Assembly (NCBI GenBank): GCA_009391235.1
Contig: VEXD01000001.1
Coordinates: forward strand, 18,809-82,808
DNA from: SAR202 cluster bacterium AC-409-J13_OGT_754m
Lineage (GTDB): Bacteria > Chloroflexota > Dehalococcoidia > Lucifugimonadales > GCA-2712585
DNA length: 64,000 nt
Direction: 5' to 3'
The position numbers and the translations under genes are program-made. Shown here one piece after another: positions 8,742 to 18,449 of this stretch (its first letter is position 1; each line of letters starts with the position of its first letter). The notes below the pieces were generated by a model. It did no database searches. It worked only from the letters and a program-made list of their open reading frames with translations, and had not been told where the DNA came from.

Positions 8742-9821
8742 TTAAATCTCCGTAATTTCACAATTTATTCCAGGGTCTTTATCGTTAGAATTAACATCTC
8801 TTTTATTCATAATATTCATCAGTGAAATATTACCATACCACAAATAGATTAGGCCCAATAAGGTCACTGGAACAAGTACAACCAAATGGGTTACGATAAC
8901 GAAAGCACCAGAAAGCCCGCTATTTATTCCCATATAGGAAAGAGTTTGCAAACCCGTTATCTCAAATATTCCAATGGAACCAGGGAGTGCTGGAATTGAG
9001 GTGGTAATGTTAGTAACAGTAGTAAGCAATAAAATTGCAGGAATGAACAATAATATATTATCAAAATGACCTGGCATATCAAAAGCTAAAGACACAACAA
9101 AAAATACACTTGCTTCCAAAACCCATATTAAAAGAGACCACGCAAAAAGTTTAAAATGCTTTGAGGGGGATTTAAGCAGTGCCAGTCCATCTATAAATAA
9201 GTAAATGAATTCTACAGCTTTGTGGCGCATAAATTGAGGAATGATACTTGACACCCTAATTAGAATGCCATTCGGTTTGTTCTTACTCCCAAACAAAATC
9301 AAACATATTAAAGCAATTAAAAACACAAATGCTATAACAATACCCGAAACAAGCAAAGGCAAATTAAATACAAATTCATTTGATTTCAATGCCCCCGCAT
9401 ATACCAAAATAGTAAAACAAACAGCGGCTATCATCACACAAGTAATTGCATCATATGTCCTTTCGATAACGATGGTTGCTAAAGCAGTACTTACTCTAAA
9501 ACTTTCCCTTATTTTCAAGAAATATATTCGGATAATTTCTCCTAATCTTGCAGGAAGTAGGTTGTTAGACATATAACCAACCGTCATTATGGGGAATAAC
9601 TTTCGAGCTCCAATAGGCTTGAACGTTGAAAGTAAGTATGACCATCTCATTGATCGGCAAAACAGAGCAACAAAGTAAATTACCGTAGCAAATACAATAT
9701 ACCGGTATTTAATGCCTTGCAAAGAATCCATCATATTATCGATATCAATGGTTCTCACAAAAAGAGCCAAAAACGCCAGGCTAATCACCAAACCAATCCA
9801 CAAACTTTTACTCATTAACAA
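8742..9821 (-). CDS. Flippase-like polytopic membrane protein (UPF0104 / lysyl-PG-synthase TM-domain family)
   Basis: 359 aa with multiple hydrophobic helices. The NNLLPARLGEIIR segment resembles the conserved lP.r.GE..R motif of this family (recalled, not searched). Confidence 0.6.
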   Translation of the reverse strand: MLMSKSLWIGLVISLAFLALFVRTIDIDNMMDSLQGIKYRYIVFATVIYFVALFCRSMRWSYLLSTFKPIGARKLFPIMTVGYMSNNLLPARLGEIIRIYFLKIRESFRVSTALATIVIERTYDAITCVMIAAVCFTILVYAGALKSNEFVFNLPLLVSGIVIAFVFLIALICLILFGSKNKPNGILIRVSSIIPQFMRHKAVEFIYLFIDGLALLKSPSKHFKLFAWSLLIWVLEASVFFVVSLAFDMPGHFDNILLFIPAILLLTTVTNITTSIPALPGSIGIFEITGLQTLSYMGINSGLSGAFVIVTHLVVLVPVTLLGLIYLWYGNISLMNIMNKRDVNSNDKDPGINCEITEI

Positions 9822-9880
9822 CGCTAATAGCTCCCATACCTATCAGATTTACGCAATTCTAATTGGAAGAGACATCTCAC

Positions 9881-12262
9881 TTATGGCAAGAAAAGAAAGA
9901 ATTTAGAAGTCCACCAGTCACTATCAAGTCTACGATAAATTATATAATCTATACTTTCCAACCATGATTCACGATGAGTCATAATATCAAATAGATACTT
10001 GAAGTCTCTCGTTATTTCATCTCCAAAATTCTCAACTTGCCTTTTTTCTCCCGGTCGCCGATAACTTTCGGGAAACCAAAGAAGATTCTTATATGGACCT
10101 GATTTTTCATGCTGCAATAAATATTGTGAGTTGCGTACGGTATATTGATCAGATAAAAGTACTCCGGAAGTCCCCATATCCTCATTTAAGCCACTACACC
10201 AATCAAGATATCCACTTTCAGTTGATTCCTTGAAACAATGGTATTCCAGAAATTCCTGACCTCTTAAATACCAATTGAAAGGATACCACAACTCATAATC
10301 TACTTTTACTCTTTGTTGGGTATTTTTTAATGTATAATCCGTTATAAGTCTCTCAGTTACTGTTCGCACGTCCTGGCTGGCTCCCGCATAAACAAGCATC
10401 TCTACAGGCCCATCAGGTTCAGAATAAGCAGCTCTAAGACCCGTAAACACAGAAAAGCCAAAAAGCACTACGAAACAACCAAAACAAACAAGCCGAATCC
10501 CTCTGTAGAAACGAATATGGTCTAACATAAAAGCTAAAAGTACTGAGAATCCAAATAGGCAACCCATAAATAGCCAATCCCTTAACTCAGAAGGATAGCC
10601 ACCCATTAGCAATCCTCGTAAAACATAGAATCCACTAATTAGCACTAATACGGTCAAAAAAGGTATTAATAGCCCAATCCCGATATTAGTCTTTTTCCAT
10701 GACATACCACCGACTAGATCGCCCAAAAAAGTTGCAGTCAACACGATAAATGGAATGCTGACATTTACAATTAGCCATGGCATTTTCTCCCCTGCAATAG
10801 AATAAATCGCCAGAGTAGTCAAAGACCAAATGGTGATAAAAATACCTCTAGAATCAAACTTTTTCACGTAATAAAGCATCGCCGCAAACCCAAATAAAAG
10901 GGGCAGGAATTCGTAAACTGAACCCAATACAAAATAGTAATACCAAGGCTGATTACCTCTTACAACCTCATGTTGTGCTATCCAATAACCTAATCCCTGC
11001 CAAAACCCTGTAAACAGACCCCCGAATTTAACGCACGCGAAATCCAAAACATCGTTAGTGATATCTGGGCATGAATCATATGGTCGTGCCATGATGCCAA
11101 ACAAACCACTGTAAAACATTACCCATATCGTATAAAAAATCCCCGCGCAAATGAGCCAAGTTTTTCTTCCCACAATCATCCCGAGTTTCACGGACAATCC
11201 GACTGATAAAAATAATAATCCAAAAGCCACCAAATAATTCAAAGGTATTTGGATGTCACCGAACAATAGAACTACATATATCAAGGCTAATAATATCGAT
11301 GCTAAGGAGGCAATTACCCTATATCTAACAAATTTCGAGGATGCTATCAGCCACCAAATTCCCACAGGTACTATCATGATTAAAAGCATTATTGCATTTA
11401 CCAATATTGGTAACGTGATACTACGAATACTTATAGTTGGTTCTGCCCATAGAGGTAATCCCACTGGTCCGTTGGCCTCACCCCCTTGATAAGCCAATAT
11501 CAATCCAATGGGCAACAATTCCTGTAATATGGAAACACTAGCTATCCATTGAGGTAATGTTAAAGTCATTATTAAAACAAACAAAATCGTAGGGCCACTG
11601 AATTCAGAGACCCTTATGCGTCCGAGAATATAAGGAATTATTTCAGTCATTGAAACCAAAAATAATGGTATTAGTAACACTATTACCATTATGTAAGATG
11701 TTTCTTTAGTAACAAATGCTAAAGCTAGTACACCGGCAATAAGGTAAAGATAAAGATCTTTCCTCTCATTAATATATCTCCAAATCAAAACGAAGAAAGC
11801 CATGGAAAAAACAGCCATCAAAATATCATTGCGTGCATATCTACTGAAATAAAGTAAAGACGGGGAAAACATAAACATCAATGACATAGCCAATGTAGCG
11901 ATGCGGCCAAAATAATTGCGGAGAAAGTAAGGAAGACCAACAAGTAGTGATCCAAACAATGGATAGATTAATCTAGCTGTAAAATCATTGTCGGATAATA
12001 ATCTAAAAACTGAAGCATTTAAAAAGAATTGTAATGGCCCATGAATCCAAGGTTCATAATGATATCCTTGTCCATCAAAAATCTTCCAACTATAGTAAGC
12101 ATGTAGGCTTTCGTCATAATGAAAAGGACGGACTTCCAAGTCCCACAATCTTATAAACAAAGATGCAATCATCAATCCGCCAAAAAGCACTATATCCCAA
12201 CGAGAACTAATGCAGGATAATAACGCTATTCGAGCCCTACACTTTTCCCGCAAAATGTGCAC
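9881..12262 (-). CDS. TIGR03663-like GT-C membrane protein (PMT/ArnT-like putative glycosyltransferase)
   Basis: The track ORF extends to 12358. GTG 12262-12260 is preceded by GGAGG 7 nt upstream and lies 13 nt after the upstream stop, so it is the likelier start. FHYDESLHAYYSW...WIHGPLQFF contains the DE dipeptide and HGP tripeptide described as invariant in TIGR03663. Highly hydrophobic, about 793 aa. Confidence 0.7.
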   Translation of the reverse strand: MHILREKCRARIALLSCISSRWDIVLFGGLMIASLFIRLWDLEVRPFHYDESLHAYYSWKIFDGQGYHYEPWIHGPLQFFLNASVFRLLSDNDFTARLIYPLFGSLLVGLPYFLRNYFGRIATLAMSLMFMFSPSLLYFSRYARNDILMAVFSMAFFVLIWRYINERKDLYLYLIAGVLALAFVTKETSYIMVIVLLIPLFLVSMTEIIPYILGRIRVSEFSGPTILFVLIMTLTLPQWIASVSILQELLPIGLILAYQGGEANGPVGLPLWAEPTISIRSITLPILVNAIMLLIMIVPVGIWWLIASSKFVRYRVIASLASILLALIYVVLLFGDIQIPLNYLVAFGLLFLSVGLSVKLGMIVGRKTWLICAGIFYTIWVMFYSGLFGIMARPYDSCPDITNDVLDFACVKFGGLFTGFWQGLGYWIAQHEVVRGNQPWYYYFVLGSVYEFLPLLFGFAAMLYYVKKFDSRGIFITIWSLTTLAIYSIAGEKMPWLIVNVSIPFIVLTATFLGDLVGGMSWKKTNIGIGLLIPFLTVLVLISGFYVLRGLLMGGYPSELRDWLFMGCLFGFSVLLAFMLDHIRFYRGIRLVCFGCFVVLFGFSVFTGLRAAYSEPDGPVEMLVYAGASQDVRTVTERLITDYTLKNTQQRVKVDYELWYPFNWYLRGQEFLEYHCFKESTESGYLDWCSGLNEDMGTSGVLLSDQYTVRNSQYLLQHEKSGPYKNLLWFPESYRRPGEKRQVENFGDEITRDFKYLFDIMTHRESWLESIDYIIYRRLDSDWWTSKFFLFLP

Positions 12263-12275
12263 TAAATAACCTCCA

Positions 12276-14651
12276 TTAGCTTGCACCGAGTGTTGTTTCA
12301 TAAACAGTAACGTTACCATTTTCAAATACAATACGCATGAATTCAGTAAAGCCCTCAAAGCCTATTCGACCATATTTCTCCCGTTCTCTAGGACCTAGAT
12401 AAACGTATTTAATCTGATATTTGTCCAATAATTTCTCTACTAATGTAGGGTCTTCGCTCTGATATATAGTCCCAATATCGACTTCTCTATGAACGAAATC
12501 AAAATCGGAACCCCTCCATTGAATCTGGTGACCTGGCCAATTCAAAGGTGAAGCCAAACCCGTGCTAGAAGCTATGCGCCCGTAGGCCGTATAATCATCT
12601 CCCACAGCTTCCAACAATCGCCCATGTGGAAACTCGTCTCTAATTTTAACAATACTCTCATATTCACCTATGACGTTATCACGAGTAAAAGCCAAACCAT
12701 CCAAGGTTGATGGTTTATCCAAACTATATACACGGTCCAACGATGCACCAACAGGATAATATAAGCAGACCATTAATAAAAAACTTACCAATCCAACTAA
12801 CATAGAGTTTCCAACAATGAACTGCCTCCTATTTGAAGAAGGTAATGAAAACCAATAGTACACACCAAAGGCCGATCCGAATGCCAAGAGGACCCATGCT
12901 TGGTAATAAAGTTTAAAAACGGTATTCATCCTCAATGGAAATAAATCCTGAACATAAAAGAATTCGACACCCATCAACAGATATAGGCCTAAACAAATCA
13001 TAGATAGAATGAAGATCATGGCTTTTGGAACTTCTTTGGGAATTGATATCACAATGTACATCGATAAAGCTATCAAAAATGCTAATGGTAAAATAATACT
13101 GATTCTAGACAGCGATATTGGGAACCCACCACTAAATGAGAATGAGGCCATAGTACCATCAACGCTACTTTGGATTAGAGGAACTAACCAAGATAGAACT
13201 ATCCAAAGAACAAACGGAGTTAGGGTAACTCCTAACACCAAACCCATAATTTTTCTATTAACCTGTTTTTGCCAAAGTGCAACACAACTTATTCTAATTA
13301 TAAGTGCGCTAGTAATAAGCAGAAATAAACCCCAAATTAAAATAAATGCGAATGGCCTTGTATTAGCTGTAGTCAATAAACTTAACCCCGATACTTGAGT
13401 TGTTAAATTCGCATGATACGGTAGGAACAATATTATCCCGAATATGATTAATGGCATACCAAAAACAACGGTTGCCCATACTCCCTGACTAAACCTACGG
13501 TCATTATCCAATAACCCCTTAATAAAAATTATCCCTAGTAACAGAGTAGAGAAAGTTGGAAAATCCCACATGTTTATAAAAGCGAGGGCGCCGAGTGATA
13601 GAGAGATCATAAGAGAACCTATAGGATCAATAATCAGGTATTTAAAACCTACCTTATCTGAAGAAATAAACATATTGAACATGATCGCTATGCTAAAAAT
13701 GACGAATGGCAAAGCCAACACATGAGCATGCAGATCACCCAACAAAAAACTAAAAAATGGAAATTCTGTGATTGTATAATCAATGCCTTGTCCATTCTCA
13801 AAAGTATTTATTACCCTTGTTGAACGCCACCACCACATGTGATCCCCTGGGAAAAATGTTGCATCACCTCCTAGAGGAGAGGATAAACCATCAATTGCAA
13901 TCCATTCCCACAAGTTGGATGAACCCAATCTGAGGGCATTAATAAATTCTAGCCCTCCTACTAGTGTGCCGATAAATCCAATAAAGAGAGGAGCAAATAA
14001 TGCATACGTAATGGCTGTTCGGATTGTTGCACCAGTACTGCGAACTAAATTGTACATTAGTCCATAAGCAGCCAAAGCCACTAATGCAGGAATCAAAGCA
14101 ACGGCTAAATTATAGGTAAAATTTGAAGGTATTCCTGACAGCATGGTCAATATAGCGATAATCAAATGCCCAAAGTAGTAATAACTGATTGAATGTCCAG
14201 CTAACCACATATCATTTGGAGGAAAATTTGGGCTTTTGATTATCGCGTTGATAAAACCAAAATCCATAGGTTTTTCGGTATGATTAATAGCAGGTACTTG
14301 TGATACCAATCCTATCCAAATAAAAAACACGATTAAGAAAACAGCTTCAGCAGTTAATAAATGTTTTCGTTGATGTATTAGAAGATTGGAAATTCCTTTT
14401 ACGTTAAATTTCAGGACCAATCCCGAAACCAGGGATATGAGCAAAACCAACCCTATAACGCTGTAAACTGAGTTTGGAAATAAACCAAGTGTATTCAAAA
14501 TCCAGTAGAAGTAGCATATTAATAACAAGGATACTATTTTAGAAAATACAATGCCTCTATCTGGTAAATTCTTGAATATAACATAAGTTATAGGTATAGC
14601 TATAAAACCTAGAACTTCTACAATCAGTAACCAAAGAATAACGTTAGCCAC
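12276..14651 (-). CDS. Chlor_Arch_YYY (TIGR03662 / DUF2298-like) polytopic membrane protein
   Basis: 791 aa and strongly hydrophobic. SISYYYFGH contains the YYYxG motif (YYY codons at 14183-14175). GTG start with GGAG 6 nt upstream. Confidence 0.7.
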   Translation of the reverse strand: MANVILWLLIVEVLGFIAIPITYVIFKNLPDRGIVFSKIVSLLLICYFYWILNTLGLFPNSVYSVIGLVLLISLVSGLVLKFNVKGISNLLIHQRKHLLTAEAVFLIVFFIWIGLVSQVPAINHTEKPMDFGFINAIIKSPNFPPNDMWLAGHSISYYYFGHLIIAILTMLSGIPSNFTYNLAVALIPALVALAAYGLMYNLVRSTGATIRTAITYALFAPLFIGFIGTLVGGLEFINALRLGSSNLWEWIAIDGLSSPLGGDATFFPGDHMWWWRSTRVINTFENGQGIDYTITEFPFFSFLLGDLHAHVLALPFVIFSIAIMFNMFISSDKVGFKYLIIDPIGSLMISLSLGALAFINMWDFPTFSTLLLGIIFIKGLLDNDRRFSQGVWATVVFGMPLIIFGIILFLPYHANLTTQVSGLSLLTTANTRPFAFILIWGLFLLITSALIIRISCVALWQKQVNRKIMGLVLGVTLTPFVLWIVLSWLVPLIQSSVDGTMASFSFSGGFPISLSRISIILPLAFLIALSMYIVISIPKEVPKAMIFILSMICLGLYLLMGVEFFYVQDLFPLRMNTVFKLYYQAWVLLAFGSAFGVYYWFSLPSSNRRQFIVGNSMLVGLVSFLLMVCLYYPVGASLDRVYSLDKPSTLDGLAFTRDNVIGEYESIVKIRDEFPHGRLLEAVGDDYTAYGRIASSTGLASPLNWPGHQIQWRGSDFDFVHREVDIGTIYQSEDPTLVEKLLDKYQIKYVYLGPREREKYGRIGFEGFTEFMRIVFENGNVTVYETTLGAS

Positions 14652-14682
14652 AAATCACTCCGCCAAATCTGCTATTGCAGCC

Positions 14683-15642
14683 TTAGTAGCTTGAAGCAAA
14701 CATTGCTTCTACCAATTGCTCTGCTGAAAACAAGGCCATATCCTGAACCTGTTCACCAGTCCCAATATAATGAATAGGAAGTTCAAGTTCCTTCTTTATA
14801 GCCAATACAACCCCACCTTTCGCAGTTCCGTCTAGCTTAGACAAAAATATCCTATTGCAACCAACAAAACTGCTAAATGTTTTAGCCTGAGCAAGACCAT
14901 TATATCCAGTAGTAGCATCCAACACTAATAGAATTTCATGTGGTGCCCGTGAATCCAAACCAGTCATTACTTGTCTAATTTTCTTAACTTCTTCCATAAG
15001 ATTAGTTTTATTATGCAAACGTCCAGCTGTATCGACGATTAACACATCACTATTTCTTGCCTTAGCTGCCTTAAAAGCATCAAAAGCAACTGCTCCGGGA
15101 TCAGCTCCATAAGACTGTGCAATAACGTCCACTCCCACACGTTCGCCCCAAATTTGCAGTTGGTCTATTGCTCCAGCCCTAAAGGTGTCACCAGCCGCAA
15201 GCATTACTCTGTTGCCCATCTGTTTGTAATAGTGAGCTAATTTCCCTACAGTTGTAGTCTTCCCTACCCCATTCACTCCAACAACCAAAATTACATGTGG
15301 AATAAGATCTGATTTCCCCCAATCACCACTGTATTGAATATCAGATCCTGTATCCATTATTGTAATCATAAGTGTTTTAAGCAATTCCAGTATTTTATCG
15401 GGATCAGTCACCTGTTGAAGTTTTATTTTTTGTCTTAAGTCTTCGAGTATCTCAATTGAAGTATTCACACCTACGTCGCTGGATATTAGGATTTCCTCTA
15501 GTTCTTCCCACATAAGGTCGTCATTCATGCCACCTTTTAAAATATTCCGAACTCTTCCAAACCATGTAGCATGACTTTTTTTTACCGCTTGCTTAATTTT
15601 GAGGACATTAGAGTCCTTATTTCTAATCGATATTCTAAACAT
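14683..15642 (-). CDS. ftsY: Signal recognition particle receptor FtsY
   Basis: 319 aa. GVNGVGKTTTVGKLA (P-loop), DTAGR, and an SRP-GTPase NG-domain layout. Confidence 0.95.
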   Translation of the reverse strand: MFRISIRNKDSNVLKIKQAVKKSHATWFGRVRNILKGGMNDDLMWEELEEILISSDVGVNTSIEILEDLRQKIKLQQVTDPDKILELLKTLMITIMDTGSDIQYSGDWGKSDLIPHVILVVGVNGVGKTTTVGKLAHYYKQMGNRVMLAAGDTFRAGAIDQLQIWGERVGVDVIAQSYGADPGAVAFDAFKAAKARNSDVLIVDTAGRLHNKTNLMEEVKKIRQVMTGLDSRAPHEILLVLDATTGYNGLAQAKTFSSFVGCNRIFLSKLDGTAKGGVVLAIKKELELPIHYIGTGEQVQDMALFSAEQLVEAMFASSY

Positions 15643-15647
15643 TACTA

Positions 15648-16352
15648 TTAATCTTCCTCTCGATTAAAATCCACCAGAGATTCAATGGCTGCATTGGCTG
15701 CGGTTTGTTCGGCATCTAATTTCCTTTTCCCATTTCCTTCTCCTAAAACCATACCATCAACCAACACCTCTACGAAGAATACACGCTCATGTGACGGACC
15801 AGATTCCCCTGTGACTCTATAGCTTGGTGTTTTGCCCCACTTTGACTGTGCCATTCCTTGTAACTCTGACTTAGCATCTACAGAGACTCCATATTTATCT
15901 ATCCTGTCCAATTCATCTTTCAGCATATCAAGTATAAATTTTGTAGTTACACATGATCCCTGATCTATATATATGGCGCCCACTAACGCTTCAAAGCCAG
16001 CGGCCAAATTGGACGGCCTATCCCTTCCTTGGTTAGAGTCTTCTCCTCTACCCATAGAGAAATATTCCCCCAATTGCAATCGATATGCAATTCGCGCCAA
16101 AGCCTCTTCTCGTACTAGATCCGCGCGAATTCGAGTTAGGTCACCCTCAGACATATCAGGATATCTTTTAAATATTTCCAGAGATACTACAGAGCCCAGT
16201 ATAGCGTCTCCCAAAAATTCCAATCTCTGATAAGAACCACCAATAGGAGTTGAAGATTCGTTAAGATAAGACGGATGAGTTAGTGCTTCTATCAAAAACT
16301 CAGGGTTTTTAAATTTTAACCCTATCTTTAGTTGGAATTCTTCCGCTTTCAA
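15648..16352 (-). CDS. rnc: Ribonuclease III
   Basis: 234 aa. ERLEFLGDA signature and a C-terminal dsRBD (GPSHERVFFVEV...GEGNGKRKLDAEQTAA). TTG start. Confidence 0.95.
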   Translation of the reverse strand: MKAEEFQLKIGLKFKNPEFLIEALTHPSYLNESSTPIGGSYQRLEFLGDAILGSVVSLEIFKRYPDMSEGDLTRIRADLVREEALARIAYRLQLGEYFSMGRGEDSNQGRDRPSNLAAGFEALVGAIYIDQGSCVTTKFILDMLKDELDRIDKYGVSVDAKSELQGMAQSKWGKTPSYRVTGESGPSHERVFFVEVLVDGMVLGEGNGKRKLDAEQTAANAAIESLVDFNREED

Positions 16353-16374
16353 AGGTTTTTATCCGATCTAAAAA

Positions 16375-17004
16375 TCAATCAGTCAGAACTGCTGGCCATG
16401 GTGGCTGTGGGCGTTTGATCTCTCCAACATTAAACCATCTAAGCATTAATCTAGTAATATCTTCGTATAGTTCAACAGACTCATCAGGAGAAGGCTTAAA
16501 CATCTTAAGAAAGAATGTGGACCCTCCATTTCCTACAAATGTAGGCACACCAAAAACACCAAATCGTTGCGTTGCTGTCATGTGACTATCGGCTATTTCT
16601 TGGATTATCTTAGGGTTTTTCATGTCTTCTTGCAGAAGTCCAACATCTAGACCTGCACCTTTAGCAGTACTTAATATCACAGTCAAATCGGTGAGATCTT
16701 TGCGATCCTCGTGGCGTGCTTTTACCAACCCCAAATGAAAGTCACTAAATACGGCTTCACCCTGTCGCATCGCTGCCATACCCGCTATTAATGCTAATAT
16801 GCCACGGTTGTTCTTACCTGGAGGTTGGTCCCAGGCTTTCCAGCCTTCTGCCTCTTTATTATTCGCCTGTGCTAAGACAAAAGGTTTCCATTCTATATTA
16901 GGTTTTTGCCCACTTTGGTCTTCAACCTGACGCAACCACACTGTCACGTTATATACAAAAGGTCAAGTATAGTCGAAGTATATTCTTAATTTTCCATCTA
17001 ACAT
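16375..17004 (-). CDS. DsbA-fold thiol/selenol reductase, Rv2466c-like, with an in-frame TGA (16965-16963) at the active-site Cys position; candidate selenoprotein (alternatively a nonsense-disrupted gene)
   Basis: The track ORF starts at GTG 16947. The same frame upstream reads ATG(17004-17002) LDGKLRIYFDYT TGA PFVYN, joining VTVWLRQVE. AAGGAG lies 6 nt upstream of that ATG. The C-terminal part (FGVFGVPTFV..., LRWFNVGEIKRPQPPWP) fits the DsbA-like family. Confidence 0.6.
16923..16951 (-). promoter_or_regulatory. Candidate bacterial SECIS-like hairpin downstream of the in-frame TGA
   Basis: Minus-strand RNA UAACGUGAC-AGUGUGGUUGC-GUCAGGUUG. It forms a 9-position stem (7 Watson-Crick pairs, 1 G-U, 1 G-G mismatch) with an 11-nt G/U-rich loop, starting 11 nt after the UGA. 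Found by eye, not folded computationally. Confidence 0.35.
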
Positions 17005-17124
17005 AGGGTGCTCCTTATGATACGAAATTGTAGCCACTCAAAGGGGTAAAAGTCAAAAATGCGCTAAGAAAGCACCCACCATATCTTCTAATTGCAAACA
17101 AGGCATGCATGCTATAATCAGCCT

Positions 17125-18390
17125 ATGTCAACTATAAGCAATTTAGAAAACGGTCAGGAATTGTTATATAGATTGGAAAGAAGTATCAATCCAAGCTTGT
17201 CGCCAATAATGAAGGCCATCATTGATCTTTCTAATCAAGACAAACTTCCCCTATATTTGGTAGGAGGCCCACTAAGGGATCTTCTGTTGGGACGACCCAT
17301 TGTTGACATAGATCTAGTCACTGAGGGGAATTCCCATGAGCTCGCCAATGCGGTGGCAAATAAAATTACTTGTAGGATGATCCCATATCCGCGATTTAAA
17401 ACCGTAACACTGTACAAAGATACCGCTCGTTTGGATTTAGCAACCAGTAGAGTAGAACACTATAAAGCTTCGGGTTCCCTTCCAACCGTATTTTTAAGCA
17501 ACATATCTCAAGATCTAATGAGGCGCGATTTTACAATCAACTCCATGGCCTTGGGTATATCCAAAATAAATCAAGCGACCCTAATAGACCCCACAGATGG
17601 ACTAGCAGATTTACACCAGAAGCTAATTAGAGCTCAACATAGTAATAGTTTCACAGACGATGCAACTAGAATACTCAGAGCAATACGCTATGAACAACGT
17701 TTGTCATTTACTATCGAATCTCAAACTTTAAACTGGATGCTTGAAGCCCAATCTAATGATATCTTTTCAACGATCACTCCTGACAGACTCAGAAAAGAGA
17801 TAGGAATTATATTTAGAGAAGAACAACCATTAAAAGTTTTTAAACGTGTCGCAAAATTACAAACTTTGGAAGCAATTTTTAAACCATTATCCAAGTCTAA
17901 CTGGATGGAATCCGAATCACTGGACAAACAACTTGACCCTTTAGTTTGGGTAGGAATATTAGCATATGCATTAAATTTAGATGAAGCTCATGAATTTATA
18001 CTAAGATTAAACATGCCAAACAAATGGAGCAAAGTAGTATTAGATACTATAAAGTTAAAGAGTGCTATATCTGTCTTGGCAAAAACTTCCTTATCCGTAC
18101 TACAATTGTGTGAACTATTTGACAAAATACACCGTTCTAGCTTAAAAGCTGTTTCTCTTATAAATCCGGACTCTCAAGTTAAATCACATATTGGCCAATA
18201 TTTAGAACATTATAGAAATGTAAAACCACTTCTAAATGGCAAAGATTTAATTAAACTTGGTATACCAGAAGGGCCTCTGGTTGGAAAACTATTAAATAAA
18301 ATCAAACTAGCTCGTTTAAATGGCAAAATAACTACCAAAACCGAGGAAAAGAAAATCGCTACGTCTTGGCTATCTAAAATGCTAACATAG
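17125..18390 (+). CDS. cca: CCA-adding enzyme / tRNA nucleotidyltransferase (poly(A) polymerase head-domain family)
   Basis: LYLVGGPLRDLLLGRPIVDIDLV nucleotidyltransferase motif and RRDFTINSMA. The track ORF begins at TTG 17092; ATG 17125 is preferred. Confidence 0.85.
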   Translation: MSTISNLENGQELLYRLERSINPSLSPIMKAIIDLSNQDKLPLYLVGGPLRDLLLGRPIVDIDLVTEGNSHELANAVANKITCRMIPYPRFKTVTLYKDTARLDLATSRVEHYKASGSLPTVFLSNISQDLMRRDFTINSMALGISKINQATLIDPTDGLADLHQKLIRAQHSNSFTDDATRILRAIRYEQRLSFTIESQTLNWMLEAQSNDIFSTITPDRLRKEIGIIFREEQPLKVFKRVAKLQTLEAIFKPLSKSNWMESESLDKQLDPLVWVGILAYALNLDEAHEFILRLNMPNKWSKVVLDTIKLKSAISVLAKTSLSVLQLCELFDKIHRSSLKAVSLINPDSQVKSHIGQYLEHYRNVKPLLNGKDLIKLGIPEGPLVGKLLNKIKLARLNGKITTKTEEKKIATSWLSKMLT

Positions 18391-18449
18391 AGGCTCTCAT
18401 CGCAACATCTCATTTTATCGGCACGAACTATTTCAAGGAGTAGCTTCAG

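Noticed and set aside
12263-12358. 83-nt overlap between the GT-C-like gene and the YYY gene implied by the track ORF start at 12358
   Set aside because: GTG 12262 is preceded by GGAGG 7 nt upstream and lies immediately after the upstream stop. The extra 32 codons look like read-through of the upstream gene's 3' end in another frame.
13009-13398. Antisense or alternative-frame ORFs of 60-166 aa inside large genes. Examples: 13009-13398, 19848-20348, 47130-47558, 50485-50871, 51265-51735, 39384-39755, 46377-46688.
   Set aside because: Each is fully embedded in, or mostly overlaps, a CDS with clear family signatures. Such shadows are expected by chance in AT-rich, long-ORF regions.
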